The notes under the pieces are model-generated. The model searched no databases. It was not told the DNA's origin and saw nothing but the letters and a program-made list of their open reading frames with translations. From contig JAGVZH010000014.1 of NCBI GenBank assembly GCA_018302745.1, positions 1 to 37,235 on the forward strand: DNA of 37,235 bases. Reading direction: 5' to 3'. Position numbers and translations under genes: made by a program. Below, in pieces: positions 18,715 through 26,972 of this stretch. Numbering within the stretch: the first letter of the stretch is position 1; each line of letters opens with the position of its first letter. This DNA is from Candidatus Woesearchaeota archaeon. GTDB lineage: Archaea > Nanobdellota > Nanobdellia > SCGC-AAA011-G17 > JAGVZH01.

Positions 18715-18911
18715 ACTCTGACTTCCAGTTCTTTTAGTCTTTCTTTTAATCCTTTTATAATTGTCTGACCTAAATAAATATATTCTTTTTTCAAATGAGA
18801 AGAGTTTTTTAATACATTCTCAATTCCTTTAATCTCTGCTTCTATAGCTCCAGGGACTTCCCACAGATCCTTGCACACTTTTTCTGCTACTTTATATTCC
18901 TTGCTTGCCAT
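18711..18911 (-). CDS. Small hypothetical protein
   Basis: 66 aa ORF, AAAGCTTATATA ~22 nt upstream. Confidence 0.6.
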   Translation of the reverse strand: MASKEYKVAEKVCKDLWEVPGAIEAEIKGIENVLKNSSHLKKEYIYLGQTIIKGLKERLKELEVRV

Positions 18912-18970
18912 AATATGGCTATGTTTAAATAATATATAAGCTTTATTAAACTATGATATAGATAAAAATA

Positions 18971-19546
18971 TTATTTTATAATTATTACCGCATAACCTGA
19001 TCCATGTTCATAAACGTTGACATTATATTTACGGAATAATTTTTTAATTTCCTCTGGTGGAAAAAATATACAGCCTTTTTTCCTCTCAAAGAGTTCTGCC
19101 ATACGTCCTAAAAACCATTTATTGGGATTTAAGTCTATAATAATAATTTTCCTGTTTTTCTTCACAACTCTTATCATCTCTTTAGATATTTTTTCATATA
19201 AATTTATTTTATTTTTTTCTGAACCTTCGCTGAAATGATGAAAAGAAGCTACACAATAAACTAAATCAAATGTATTATTCCCATAAGGTATTTTGTCTGC
19301 TTTTCCAAGCTTTTTAACAATTCTTTTATCCCTGACCAAATCCAACATTTCTTTTGAAGGATCTAAAATAACTGTCTTATAGCCATTCTTAGCAAAAAAT
19401 TCGGCAATTCTTCCTTCTCCGCCACCCAAATCAAGAACCTTGCCTTTTTCCAGATTAAGAATGCTTCTTAAAGCTTTATAGGTTTTTCCAGATCTTCCAA
19501 ATATCCTTAAAAAAATAGAATGCATCCTGGCACTAATTTTATTCAT
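18971..19546 (-). CDS. Class I SAM-dependent methyltransferase (UbiE/type 11-like)
   Basis: VLDLGGGEG, LDPSKEML, IPYGNNTFDLVYCVASFHHF, EMIRVVK. Confidence 0.9.
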   Translation of the reverse strand: MNKISARMHSIFLRIFGRSGKTYKALRSILNLEKGKVLDLGGGEGRIAEFFAKNGYKTVILDPSKEMLDLVRDKRIVKKLGKADKIPYGNNTFDLVYCVASFHHFSEGSEKNKINLYEKISKEMIRVVKKNRKIIIIDLNPNKWFLGRMAELFERKKGCIFFPPEEIKKLFRKYNVNVYEHGSGYAVIIIK

Positions 19547-19580
19547 CCTTAAATTTATATACTAAAGCTATATAAATCAT

Positions 19581-19652
19581 ATGGTGATTTCAATAAAAGA
19601 ATTCTTAAACAAAATCAAATGGTCTAATGAGTTTGACAAGGAAAATATTACC
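19581..19652 (+). pseudogene. 5' half of an interrupted DUF504/MJ1316-like gene
   Basis: MVISIKEFLNKIKWSNEFDKENIT then stop at 19662-19664 after the junction; LNKIKW is the family's typical N-terminus; 3' half at 21815-21973. Confidence 0.7.
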
Positions 19653-19846
19653 AGGAAATACTGAAGAATTCCCAGAGGATAAAAGAAAAGCTTTCAGAGA
19701 GCGAGGAGATTGTAAAACGGCTCAACAAACTCAAAATAGAGGAAGAAAAAGAGTTTGAGAACTGGTGCGCCCAGCTTGAGGACATAGAAAGAAAACTGAA
19801 CTATCTCGACAGGGTAATTTTTGAAGAGGGAGGGATGGCGAGATGA
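19649..19846 (+). pseudogene. 3' fragment of a coiled-coil protein gene (no start codon)
   Basis: YQEILKNSQRIKEKLSESEEIVKRLNKLKIEEEKEFENWCAQLEDIERKLNYLDRVIFEEGGMAR-stop. Confidence 0.65.
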
Positions 19847-19920
19847 ACGGAAGAGCGGAGATGCCTGTTTTTGTAAAGATTGGGGAGTACAAGGACATTA
19901 TGGACATTCTTCATCTCACC
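19843..19920 (+). pseudogene. 5' fragment of a hypothetical protein gene truncated at the tRNA
   Basis: ATGA overlap with previous fragment, GGAGG upstream; MNGRAEMPVFVKIGEYKDIMDILHLT then runs into tRNA sequence. Confidence 0.55.
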
Positions 19921-19923
19921 ACC

Positions 19924-20087
19924 GCGGACGTGTCGGAGTGGTCAAACTAAACATTGTTTGGCAGGATAGGTGCTAAACATCTAAACTCAAGTTATTTGAG
20001 TGATGAGGCTTCACAAAGGCCGATGAAATGCTCTATGGGCCATCTGTTGGCTTAGTGCCTACGCAGGTTCAAATCCTGCCGTCCGCA
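19924..20087 (+). tRNA. tRNA-Leu(CAA) with three introns (about 19948-19963, 19970-19984, 19992-20041)
   Basis: Acceptor GCGGACG/CGTCCGC-A, T arm GCAGG-TTCAAAT-CCTGC, Leu variable arm; splicing gives ATAGA-CT-CAA-GA-TCTGT; 4-bp BHB central helices TCAA/TTGG, GGAT/ATCT, CTCA/TGGG. D-arm junction is uncertain by 1 nt. Confidence 0.8.
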
Positions 20088-20133
20088 TTTTATATTAGAA
20101 AATTATATAAACCGGGAATGATTTTCCTTTACC

Positions 20134-20694
20134 ATGGCATTAAGCACATTAACAGTAACATTAATTGTTCTTGGGGCCATAGTTTTGTTTATCATACTCC
20201 TTTTCAATGCGCTGATAAGGCTCAAGAACCAGATAGAAAACTCATGGGCGCAGATAGATGTCCAGCTTAAGAGAAGGGCTGACCTTATCCCGAATCTTGT
20301 AAATTCCGTAAAAGGATACATGAAGCATGAAAAAGGAGTTCTTGAATCTGTGACAAAAGCAAGAACCTCTTTCCTTAATGCAGGGGCTGACATGGGCAAG
20401 AAAGCAAAGTCATCCGACATGCTCAGCAATGCACTGAAATCATTGTTTGCAGTAAGCGAGAACTACCCCAAACTGCAGGCGTCGCAGAATTTCCTACAGT
20501 TGCAGGAGGAGATTACAGGAACAGAAAACAAAATATCCTATGCAAGGCAGCATTACAATGACATGGTGATGCATTTCAATACCAAACTGCAGACATTCCC
20601 AAACAACACGATTGCAGGAATGCTTCACTTTACAAAAAAACAGATGTTTGAAGCAGAAGCTTCTGAGAGGAAAAACATAAAAGTTGAGTTCTGA
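20134..20694 (+). CDS. lemA: LemA family protein
   Basis: N-terminal TM, WAQIDVQLKRRADLIPNLV, ENYPKLQA, ENKISYARQHYN, FPNN. Confidence 0.96.
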   Translation: MALSTLTVTLIVLGAIVLFIILLFNALIRLKNQIENSWAQIDVQLKRRADLIPNLVNSVKGYMKHEKGVLESVTKARTSFLNAGADMGKKAKSSDMLSNALKSLFAVSENYPKLQASQNFLQLQEEITGTENKISYARQHYNDMVMHFNTKLQTFPNNTIAGMLHFTKKQMFEAEASERKNIKVEF

Positions 20695-21562
20695 TGATAA
20701 TAGCCTTTGATGAGGTTAGAAACAATAAGATTAAGTCTGTCATTCTTATTTCATTTTTTATAATTCTTATAGGTTTTTTTGGGGCTGTGCTGGGGCTTTA
20801 TTATGGTAGCATTTATTTTGGATTGATATTCTCAATCATTGCAGGAATAATCTACACATTGCTTGTCTTTAACGCCGGCTCCAATATGATTCTTTCAATG
20901 AGCGGAGCCAAGCCTGTGACCAAGCAGGAATATCCTCATTTATACCATACTGTTGAAGGTCTAGCAGTTGCTGCCGGCCTGCCAAAACCAAAATGCTACA
21001 TTATTGAGGACAGCGCATTAAATGCTTTTGCAACAGGAAAAGACCCGAAGCATGCATCAATTACAGTAACAACAGGATTATTGAGCAAGCTAAAAAGACA
21101 GGAATTGGAAGGGGTAATCGGCCATGAGATGAGCCACATAAAGAACTACGACATCCGCTTCATGATGCTTGTTACTGTGCTTATCGGTGTTGTTACCTTT
21201 ATGAGTGATTTCCTGCTGAGGTCTTTCCTCTGGGGTGGCCATGGTAGAAGAAGGGACAGCGGCTCTATCGGAATAATTTTAATTTTGATTGGGATAGTAT
21301 TGGCAATACTCTCACCGCTGATAGGATATATGATAAGAGCTGCAATCAGCAGGAAAAGGGAGTTTGCAGCAGATGCCAGCGGGGCTGTACTGACAAGATA
21401 TCCTCCTGGTTTAGCTGATGCACTCGAAAAAATAAGCGGGGATCCGGACCCATTGGTTGACAAGGCAAACAAGGCAACCGCGCATTTGTTTATCTCGACA
21501 CCCATATATTCGCAACCCACCCTCCGATTCATGAAAGAATAAAGAGACTCAGGGCGATGTAG
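20694..21562 (+). pseudogene. htpX: HtpX (M48) zinc protease with C-terminal deletion/frameshift near 21504
   Basis: NAFATG, HEMSH, SRKREFAAD in frame to 21542; conserved IFATHPPIHERIKRLRAM-stop is in another frame ending 21562. Confidence 0.85.
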
Positions 21563-21595
21563 ACAAATAGATTTTTATATAATCGCTTTTCTATA

Positions 21596-21814
21596 ATGCT
21601 TATAACTCTGAAAATCTGCGCAGTAAGCGGCCACAGTGAAATAGGCAGGAATACGACTGCTGTGAAAGTTGACGATGAAGTTGTAATTCTCGACATGGGC
21701 CTGCACCTTCCAAACTATATCAAGTACACCGAAGAAGGCATGGAGGAAGTTGTGAAGGCAAGCAATAATGCTTTGAGGAAAGTCAATGCCATTCCTAATG
21801 ATAAGATTATAAAA
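21596..21814 (+). pseudogene. rnj: 5' fragment of RNase J (MBL/beta-CASP), fused in frame to the DUF504 3' half
   Basis: ICAVSGHSEIGRNTTAVKVDDEVVILDMGL is RNase J motif 1; ends before the HxHxDH motif. Confidence 0.8.
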
Positions 21815-21973
21815 GACAGGTTAGAAAAAAAGCTAAAGCCTTTAAAGCTTAAGGAAATAAAGATAGAAGGAAACTTTTTAATACATGAAGAATCTGAAAT
21901 ACCTTTACGTAGGATAAAAGAAGTAAAAGAAAGAGGTAAAATAATATGGAGAAGGTCAATTACGAAAAATTAG
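21815..21973 (+). pseudogene. 3' half of the interrupted DUF504/MJ1316-like gene
   Basis: DRLEKKLKPLKLKEIKIEGNFLIHEESEIPLRRIKEVKERGKIIWRR resembles DR...IPxHRI...G.++W.R; AT-rich host codon usage resumes. Confidence 0.72.
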
Positions 21974-23367
21974 GTTTTAAGTGTGGTATTGAAATCCATC
22001 AACAAATTGAAAGCCACAAATTATTCTGCAAATGCCCTTCTCTAGTAAATGATCCTAATGAAGAAAAAATAACTATTCAGAGATATTTAAGAGCTCCGGC
22101 AGGAGAAACAGGGCATATTGATATAGCAGCATTGCATGAATTAAAAAAAGGAAAATACTTTGTTTATGAAGCAAAACCAACTTCTAGCTGCCAAGTTGAG
22201 TTAGATGAATCACCGCCAGAAGAAATAAATCATGATGCATTAGAAACATCTTTGCAGGTAGCTTTAATTTTAAATTGTGATTTAGTAGATGAAGTAATAT
22301 TTATGAGAAAAACAGTAATTGATGGCAGCAATACCTCTGGATTCCAAAGAACAGCTTTAATCGGATTAAATGGTTATGTAAATACATCAAAAGGAAAGGT
22401 AAAAGTAGAAACAGTCTGTTTAGAAGAAGAATCAGCTAAAAAAATAAATGAGGATGAAAAATCAGCAAATTATAGCTTAGACAGACTTGGTGTTCCTTTA
22501 ATAGAAATTGCAACAGATGCTTCAATAAAAGACCCGGAGCATTGCAAAGAAGTTGCTTCTTACTTAGGGATGGTTTTGAGGTCAACTGGAAAAGTTAAGA
22601 GAGGTTTAGGCACTATAAGGCAGGATGTTAATTTATCAATAAAAGGCTCTTCAAGAGTTGAATTAAAGGGTTTTCAGGATTTAAGATCAATACCAAAAGT
22701 AATTGAAAATGAAGTTAAAAGATTAACAAGATTAAAAGACCATAAGCCTGAAGTGAGAAAAGTAGAGCCGAATTTTATGTCTATATTTTTAAGACCAATG
22801 CCTGGTTCATCAAGGATGTATCCTGAAACTGATATAAAGGAGATTTCAATAACAAAAGATTTACTGGCAAAAATTTCTATTCCTGAATTAATAGATGAGA
22901 AAGCATTAAAATTAGAAAAAGAATATAATTTAAATTCTTATTTGGCGAGAGAGTTGATAAAATCTAATGTTAATTTTGATTTATACAAAACAAAGTTTGA
23001 AAAATTACTGCCTTCTTTAATAGCTTCAATACTTGTAGAAATTCCAAAGGAAATAAAAACCAGGTTTAATCTTGATTATAAATTTAAGGAATCTGATTTT
23101 GATTTTGTTTTAAGTGCATTAAATCATGGAAGAATCCCAAAAGACTCTGCTTTGGAAATATTAACAGAGATAGCAAAAGGAAAAAGACCAAATTTAGACA
23201 AATACACATCTGTTGATGAAAAAGAGCTTGAAAATTATATCAAAGAACTGGTAAAGAAAAACAAAGAACTTTCTATAAATGCATTAATGGGTATGGTAAT
23301 GAAACACTATAAAGGCTCTGTAGAAGGCAGTTTAGCTATGAAAATATTAAAAAAATATCATAAATGA
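21946..23367 (+). CDS. gatE: Glu-tRNA(Gln) amidotransferase subunit E (short form)
   Basis: GFKCGIEIHQQ, KLFCKCP, MRKTVIDGSNTSGFQRT, KRGLGTIRQDVN, RPMPGSSRMYPETD. Confidence 0.95.
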   Translation: MEKVNYEKLGFKCGIEIHQQIESHKLFCKCPSLVNDPNEEKITIQRYLRAPAGETGHIDIAALHELKKGKYFVYEAKPTSSCQVELDESPPEEINHDALETSLQVALILNCDLVDEVIFMRKTVIDGSNTSGFQRTALIGLNGYVNTSKGKVKVETVCLEEESAKKINEDEKSANYSLDRLGVPLIEIATDASIKDPEHCKEVASYLGMVLRSTGKVKRGLGTIRQDVNLSIKGSSRVELKGFQDLRSIPKVIENEVKRLTRLKDHKPEVRKVEPNFMSIFLRPMPGSSRMYPETDIKEISITKDLLAKISIPELIDEKALKLEKEYNLNSYLARELIKSNVNFDLYKTKFEKLLPSLIASILVEIPKEIKTRFNLDYKFKESDFDFVLSALNHGRIPKDSALEILTEIAKGKRPNLDKYTSVDEKELENYIKELVKKNKELSINALMGMVMKHYKGSVEGSLAMKILKKYHK

Positions 23368-24083
23368 AAAACTTCCCCTTCAGACATTCAACATTGTCAG
23401 AAAGAAAAGAATTTTATGAAAAAGAATTTTCTGTTAGCAAAATTAAAAAATGGTTTAAGTCAAATAATCTTCCTTTGCCCCAGTTATGCGCATTAGACCC
23501 TGGAAGTGAAACCAAGATTATTCTGGATAAAAAGTTAAAAAATAACTTGCTTTACTTCTCATTTAATCAATTGCCTAGAAAGATAAAGCAGTATATTCCA
23601 GAGGATGTTTATTATGATAGAAATATTTACAAAGATTATAAAAAAATCCTAAAAACGCTCAAATTTAATAATTACATTTCTCAAGAATTGGCATTTGATG
23701 TAGATGCAGATAATATAATATGTGATCATCCTAAAAATAAAAGTGTCTGCAAAAAATGCCTGAATAAAATTTACAAAGCTGCATTAAAAATGAAAGGGGA
23801 AATTAATGATTTGGGATTTAAAAAAATAGAGATTGTTTATTCTGGAAGAGGATTCCATGTTCATGTTATGGACAAAAAAGCTTCTTTATTATCTGTAAAG
23901 GAAAGAAGTTCATTAAATAAAAAATTTAAAAAATTTCCTATTGATCCTTGGGTTTCAAGAGGATATATAAGGCTGATAAGAATGCCCTACTCTTTAAATT
24001 CGTTAGTATCAAGAAAAACAATGCCAATAAAAACAAAAAAATTTAGTTCAAAAACAGGAGTCCCTAAGTTTCTGAAGAATTAA
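23364..24083 (+). CDS. Archaeo-eukaryotic primase small-subunit-like protein (PriS-like)
   Basis: ELAFDVD, CDH..C..C Zn motif, YSGRGFHVH, RLIRMPYSLN. Confidence 0.85.
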   Translation: MKNFPFRHSTLSERKEFYEKEFSVSKIKKWFKSNNLPLPQLCALDPGSETKIILDKKLKNNLLYFSFNQLPRKIKQYIPEDVYYDRNIYKDYKKILKTLKFNNYISQELAFDVDADNIICDHPKNKSVCKKCLNKIYKAALKMKGEINDLGFKKIEIVYSGRGFHVHVMDKKASLLSVKERSSLNKKFKKFPIDPWVSRGYIRLIRMPYSLNSLVSRKTMPIKTKKFSSKTGVPKFLKN

Positions 24084-24193
24084 GCTCTTCTGCTTTTCTT
24101 TCCGTAATAGCTTCTTTTTTTCTTAGAAGCGCTTCTTGAAGTTCTTGCTCTTGAAGATACTCTCTTTGAAGCTTTCTTTCTTTTTGCAGCCAT
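24080..24193 (-). CDS. Highly basic 37-aa protamine/histone-H1-like peptide
   Basis: MAAKRKKASKRVSSRARTSRSASKKKRSYYGKKSRRA; SD GAGGTG 5 nt upstream; TTTATATA further upstream. Confidence 0.7.
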   Translation of the reverse strand: MAAKRKKASKRVSSRARTSRSASKKKRSYYGKKSRRA

Positions 24194-24288
24194 AGCAACA
24201 CCTCTTTTGTTTTTATTTAATTAGATTCTAAAGTATATAAAATTTGCGTTAAGCAATATTTAAATATAAAAGAATATTAATAATAAGA

Positions 24289-26643
24289 ATGAGCAAAAAA
24301 GAAGAGTCAATTCAAAATTTAATTCTGAATTATTTAAAGAGAAATAAAAATAAGAAAGTAATAGCAATAAGAATAGGCTATAGAACATTTTATGCTACAG
24401 GAAAAAGTCTTTCAGAAAAAATAGCTAAAATTCAGGAGCTTTTTAAAAATGAAAATATCTCAAAGGGGGATAAGATAATTATTTTTGGAAAGAATTCAAT
24501 AGAATGGATATCTGTTTATTTTGCTTCAATTTTGTCAGGGACTATAATAATTCCATTGGATTTATTAACAGACCATTCTTTACTAAAAAAAATTCAGAAA
24601 CAGGTTAATGCAAAAGCCATCTTTCAGGACTCTAATTTAGTAAGATTAAAGCCTGTTAAAAAATTTTATCTTGATAATCTTGATGATAGTCTAAGATTAC
24701 TTAAAAATGAGGCAATATACTCTGAGAATATACTTGATGATGACATTTTGGAAATAATTTACACTTCTGGCTCAACAGGAGATCCAAAAGGAGTTGTCTT
24801 AACAAATAAAAATATAACCTCTGGATTAAATTCTGCTAGATCTTCAGTAAAGTTAAATTTTAAACTGAAAATTCTTAATCTTCTTCCATTAAGCCATATT
24901 CTTTCCCAGATCTATGGCTTATTTCTTTTGATGCATTCAAACAATCAGATTTATTTCATGGATTCTATAAAATCAAAAAAAATAATTTCATTTATAAGAA
25001 ATAAAAAAATTAACGGGGCTATTTTAGTTCCAGGAATTTTAAGGGCTTTAAAAAAAGATCTTGAAAATAAATCATTTATCTCAAACTTAGGACTGCAATT
25101 CAGATTTTTTGGAGTCGGAGGATCTTTTTTAGACAATGAATTAGAAAAATGGTTCAGAAGACATCTTATTTTAGTAATTCAGGGATATGGATTAACAGAA
25201 ACTTCATCTGTCCTAACTACAAATACTCTATTTTCCCAAAAAGTGGGAAGTGTTGGTAAGATAGCAAAAGATGTGGATGTTAAAATTTCAGAAGATGGAG
25301 AAATTTTAGTAAAAGGTAATAATGTAACATCCTGTTATTATAAAGATTCTGAAAAAACAAAAGATTCATTTGAAGGACAATGGTTTAAAACAGGTGATTT
25401 GGGATATTTAAAGGATAATTATATTTATCTCAAAGGGAGGAAAAAAGATATTATCATAACAGGCACAGGCCTTAATGTTTATCCTTCCGATATAGAAAAA
25501 GTTTTAAACAAATTTCCGGAAGTAAAAGAAAGCTGTGTTCTGGAAAAAAACGATAAAATACATGCTGTATTAATATTAAAGAAAAAAACTGATTTAAACA
25601 AACTGGTAAAAGGGGCAAATTCCATGCTTCTTGCACACCAAAAAATTTCATCTTATTCTTTATGGCATGAAAATAATTTTCCTAAAACAAATACTGGAAA
25701 GATAAAAAAATTCATTGTTTCCGAAGAATTGGAAAAAATAAAAGCAAGATCATATTTTTATAAAGAAGAATTGCATAAAATAATAAATAATGTTCTGAAT
25801 CCTTCCAATAAGATTAAAGAAAACTCAAAGCTTTCTGACTTAGGTATGGATTCTTTGAGAAGAATAGAGCTTATTTCTGAAATAGAAGATGAATTTGGGA
25901 TTGGATTAAATGAAGCTGATATAAACCAGTATACAAAAGTTTCTGATCTAAGAAAATTAATGGCAAAAGAAAAGTTAGAGGAAATAAAGTTCAAAAAATG
26001 GCAGTTAAATCCTTTAGTAAGAATTTTTGGAAACATATTAAGAGTAATTATTTCATATCCTTTAGTCTTTAGCTTTGCAAAAGTCTCATATGAAGGCCTT
26101 GAAAATCTTAAAGATTTAAAGTATCCGGTAATATTTGCAAGCAATCACCAAAGTGCATGGGATCCTGTTGTAATAATAAAGTCTATAAAAACTAGAACTG
26201 CGATTCCCACACATCCAATGATTTTCGGAATAGGAGTTAAAAAGCATAAATTAAAAAGAAAAATTAGGGGTTTTTTAGCATCTTTAGCCTTTAATGCCTA
26301 TCCTTTTGGAGAAAAAATAGGAACAGAAAAAAGCTTAGAGTTTACAGCAGAGATGATAGATGATAATTACAGTATTTTAATATTTCCCGAAGGCAGAAGG
26401 ACAAATGACGGAAAAATAAAGCCTTTTATGCAGGGAATAGGATATCTTGCTTTAGCCATGAACTTGCCGATAATTCCAGTAAAGATTTCGGGCTTATTTG
26501 ATATTCTTCCGATAAATAAAACAATGCCAAAAAAAGGCAAGGTTATTGTAAAGTTTGGAAAGCCAATAAATCAGGATAAATTAAAAAACATTTCTTATAT
26601 TAAAGCGACTAAATTAATTGAAAAAAAGGTTAAAGAACTATGA
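24289..26643 (+). CDS. Tri-domain fatty-acid adenylation enzyme / acyl carrier protein / PlsC-type acyltransferase
   Basis: YTSGSTGDPKG, QGYGLTE, TGDLG, PKTNTGKIKK; ACP LGMDSL (Ser codon 25852-25854); NHQSAWD (HX4D), FPEGRR, PIIPV. Confidence 0.93.
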   Translation: MSKKEESIQNLILNYLKRNKNKKVIAIRIGYRTFYATGKSLSEKIAKIQELFKNENISKGDKIIIFGKNSIEWISVYFASILSGTIIIPLDLLTDHSLLKKIQKQVNAKAIFQDSNLVRLKPVKKFYLDNLDDSLRLLKNEAIYSENILDDDILEIIYTSGSTGDPKGVVLTNKNITSGLNSARSSVKLNFKLKILNLLPLSHILSQIYGLFLLMHSNNQIYFMDSIKSKKIISFIRNKKINGAILVPGILRALKKDLENKSFISNLGLQFRFFGVGGSFLDNELEKWFRRHLILVIQGYGLTETSSVLTTNTLFSQKVGSVGKIAKDVDVKISEDGEILVKGNNVTSCYYKDSEKTKDSFEGQWFKTGDLGYLKDNYIYLKGRKKDIIITGTGLNVYPSDIEKVLNKFPEVKESCVLEKNDKIHAVLILKKKTDLNKLVKGANSMLLAHQKISSYSLWHENNFPKTNTGKIKKFIVSEELEKIKARSYFYKEELHKIINNVLNPSNKIKENSKLSDLGMDSLRRIELISEIEDEFGIGLNEADINQYTKVSDLRKLMAKEKLEEIKFKKWQLNPLVRIFGNILRVIISYPLVFSFAKVSYEGLENLKDLKYPVIFASNHQSAWDPVVIIKSIKTRTAIPTHPMIFGIGVKKHKLKRKIRGFLASLAFNAYPFGEKIGTEKSLEFTAEMIDDNYSILIFPEGRRTNDGKIKPFMQGIGYLALAMNLPIIPVKISGLFDILPINKTMPKKGKVIVKFGKPINQDKLKNISYIKATKLIEKKVKEL

Positions 26644-26972
26644 AAATAAGAATAGGATGCGATATAGTAAAAATCAGCAGATTTGATAATATCAAGAAGA
26701 AAACTCTGGAAAGAATATTCCACAAAAATGAAATTAAAAAATCAAAAATGAATCCAGAAACTCTTGCAGGGATTTTTGCTGCAAAGGAAAGCTGCAAAAA
26801 AGTCTTTAATGATATTAATTGGCATGATATAGAAATTAAGAAGAAAAGAAATGGCAAACCTTTGCTTATCTTAGGAAAAGACAAAGGCGTAGCAAGTTCT
26901 GACTTAAGCATTAGTCATGATGGAGATTATGCTATAGCCAGTGTGGTTTTTTTAATTCGTGAGGTTCAATAA
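26640..26972 (+). CDS. acpS: Holo-ACP synthase (phosphopantetheinyl transferase)
   Basis: IGCDIV, LAGIFAAKESCKK, NGKP, LSISHDGDYAIA; ATGA overlap with upstream gene. Confidence 0.93.
   Translation: MKIRIGCDIVKISRFDNIKKKTLERIFHKNEIKKSKMNPETLAGIFAAKESCKKVFNDINWHDIEIKKKRNGKPLLILGKDKGVASSDLSISHDGDYAIASVVFLIREVQ

Larger units (their letters stand above)
19650..21815. other. ~2.2 kb mosaic insertion of apparently foreign archaeal DNA
   Basis: Flanked by two halves of one gene, starts and ends inside truncated genes, visibly richer in C/G-ending codons, no integrase, transposase or terminal repeats. Confidence 0.7.

Noticed and set aside
20028..20270. 80 aa ORF MLYGPSVGLVPTQVQILPSAF...
   Set aside because: Translates the 3' half of tRNA-Leu and overlaps lemA out of frame
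19650..21815. Integrative element or provirus at tRNA-Leu
   Set aside because: tRNA is internal to the insert, no duplicated tRNA 3' end (att site), no integrase or viral genes
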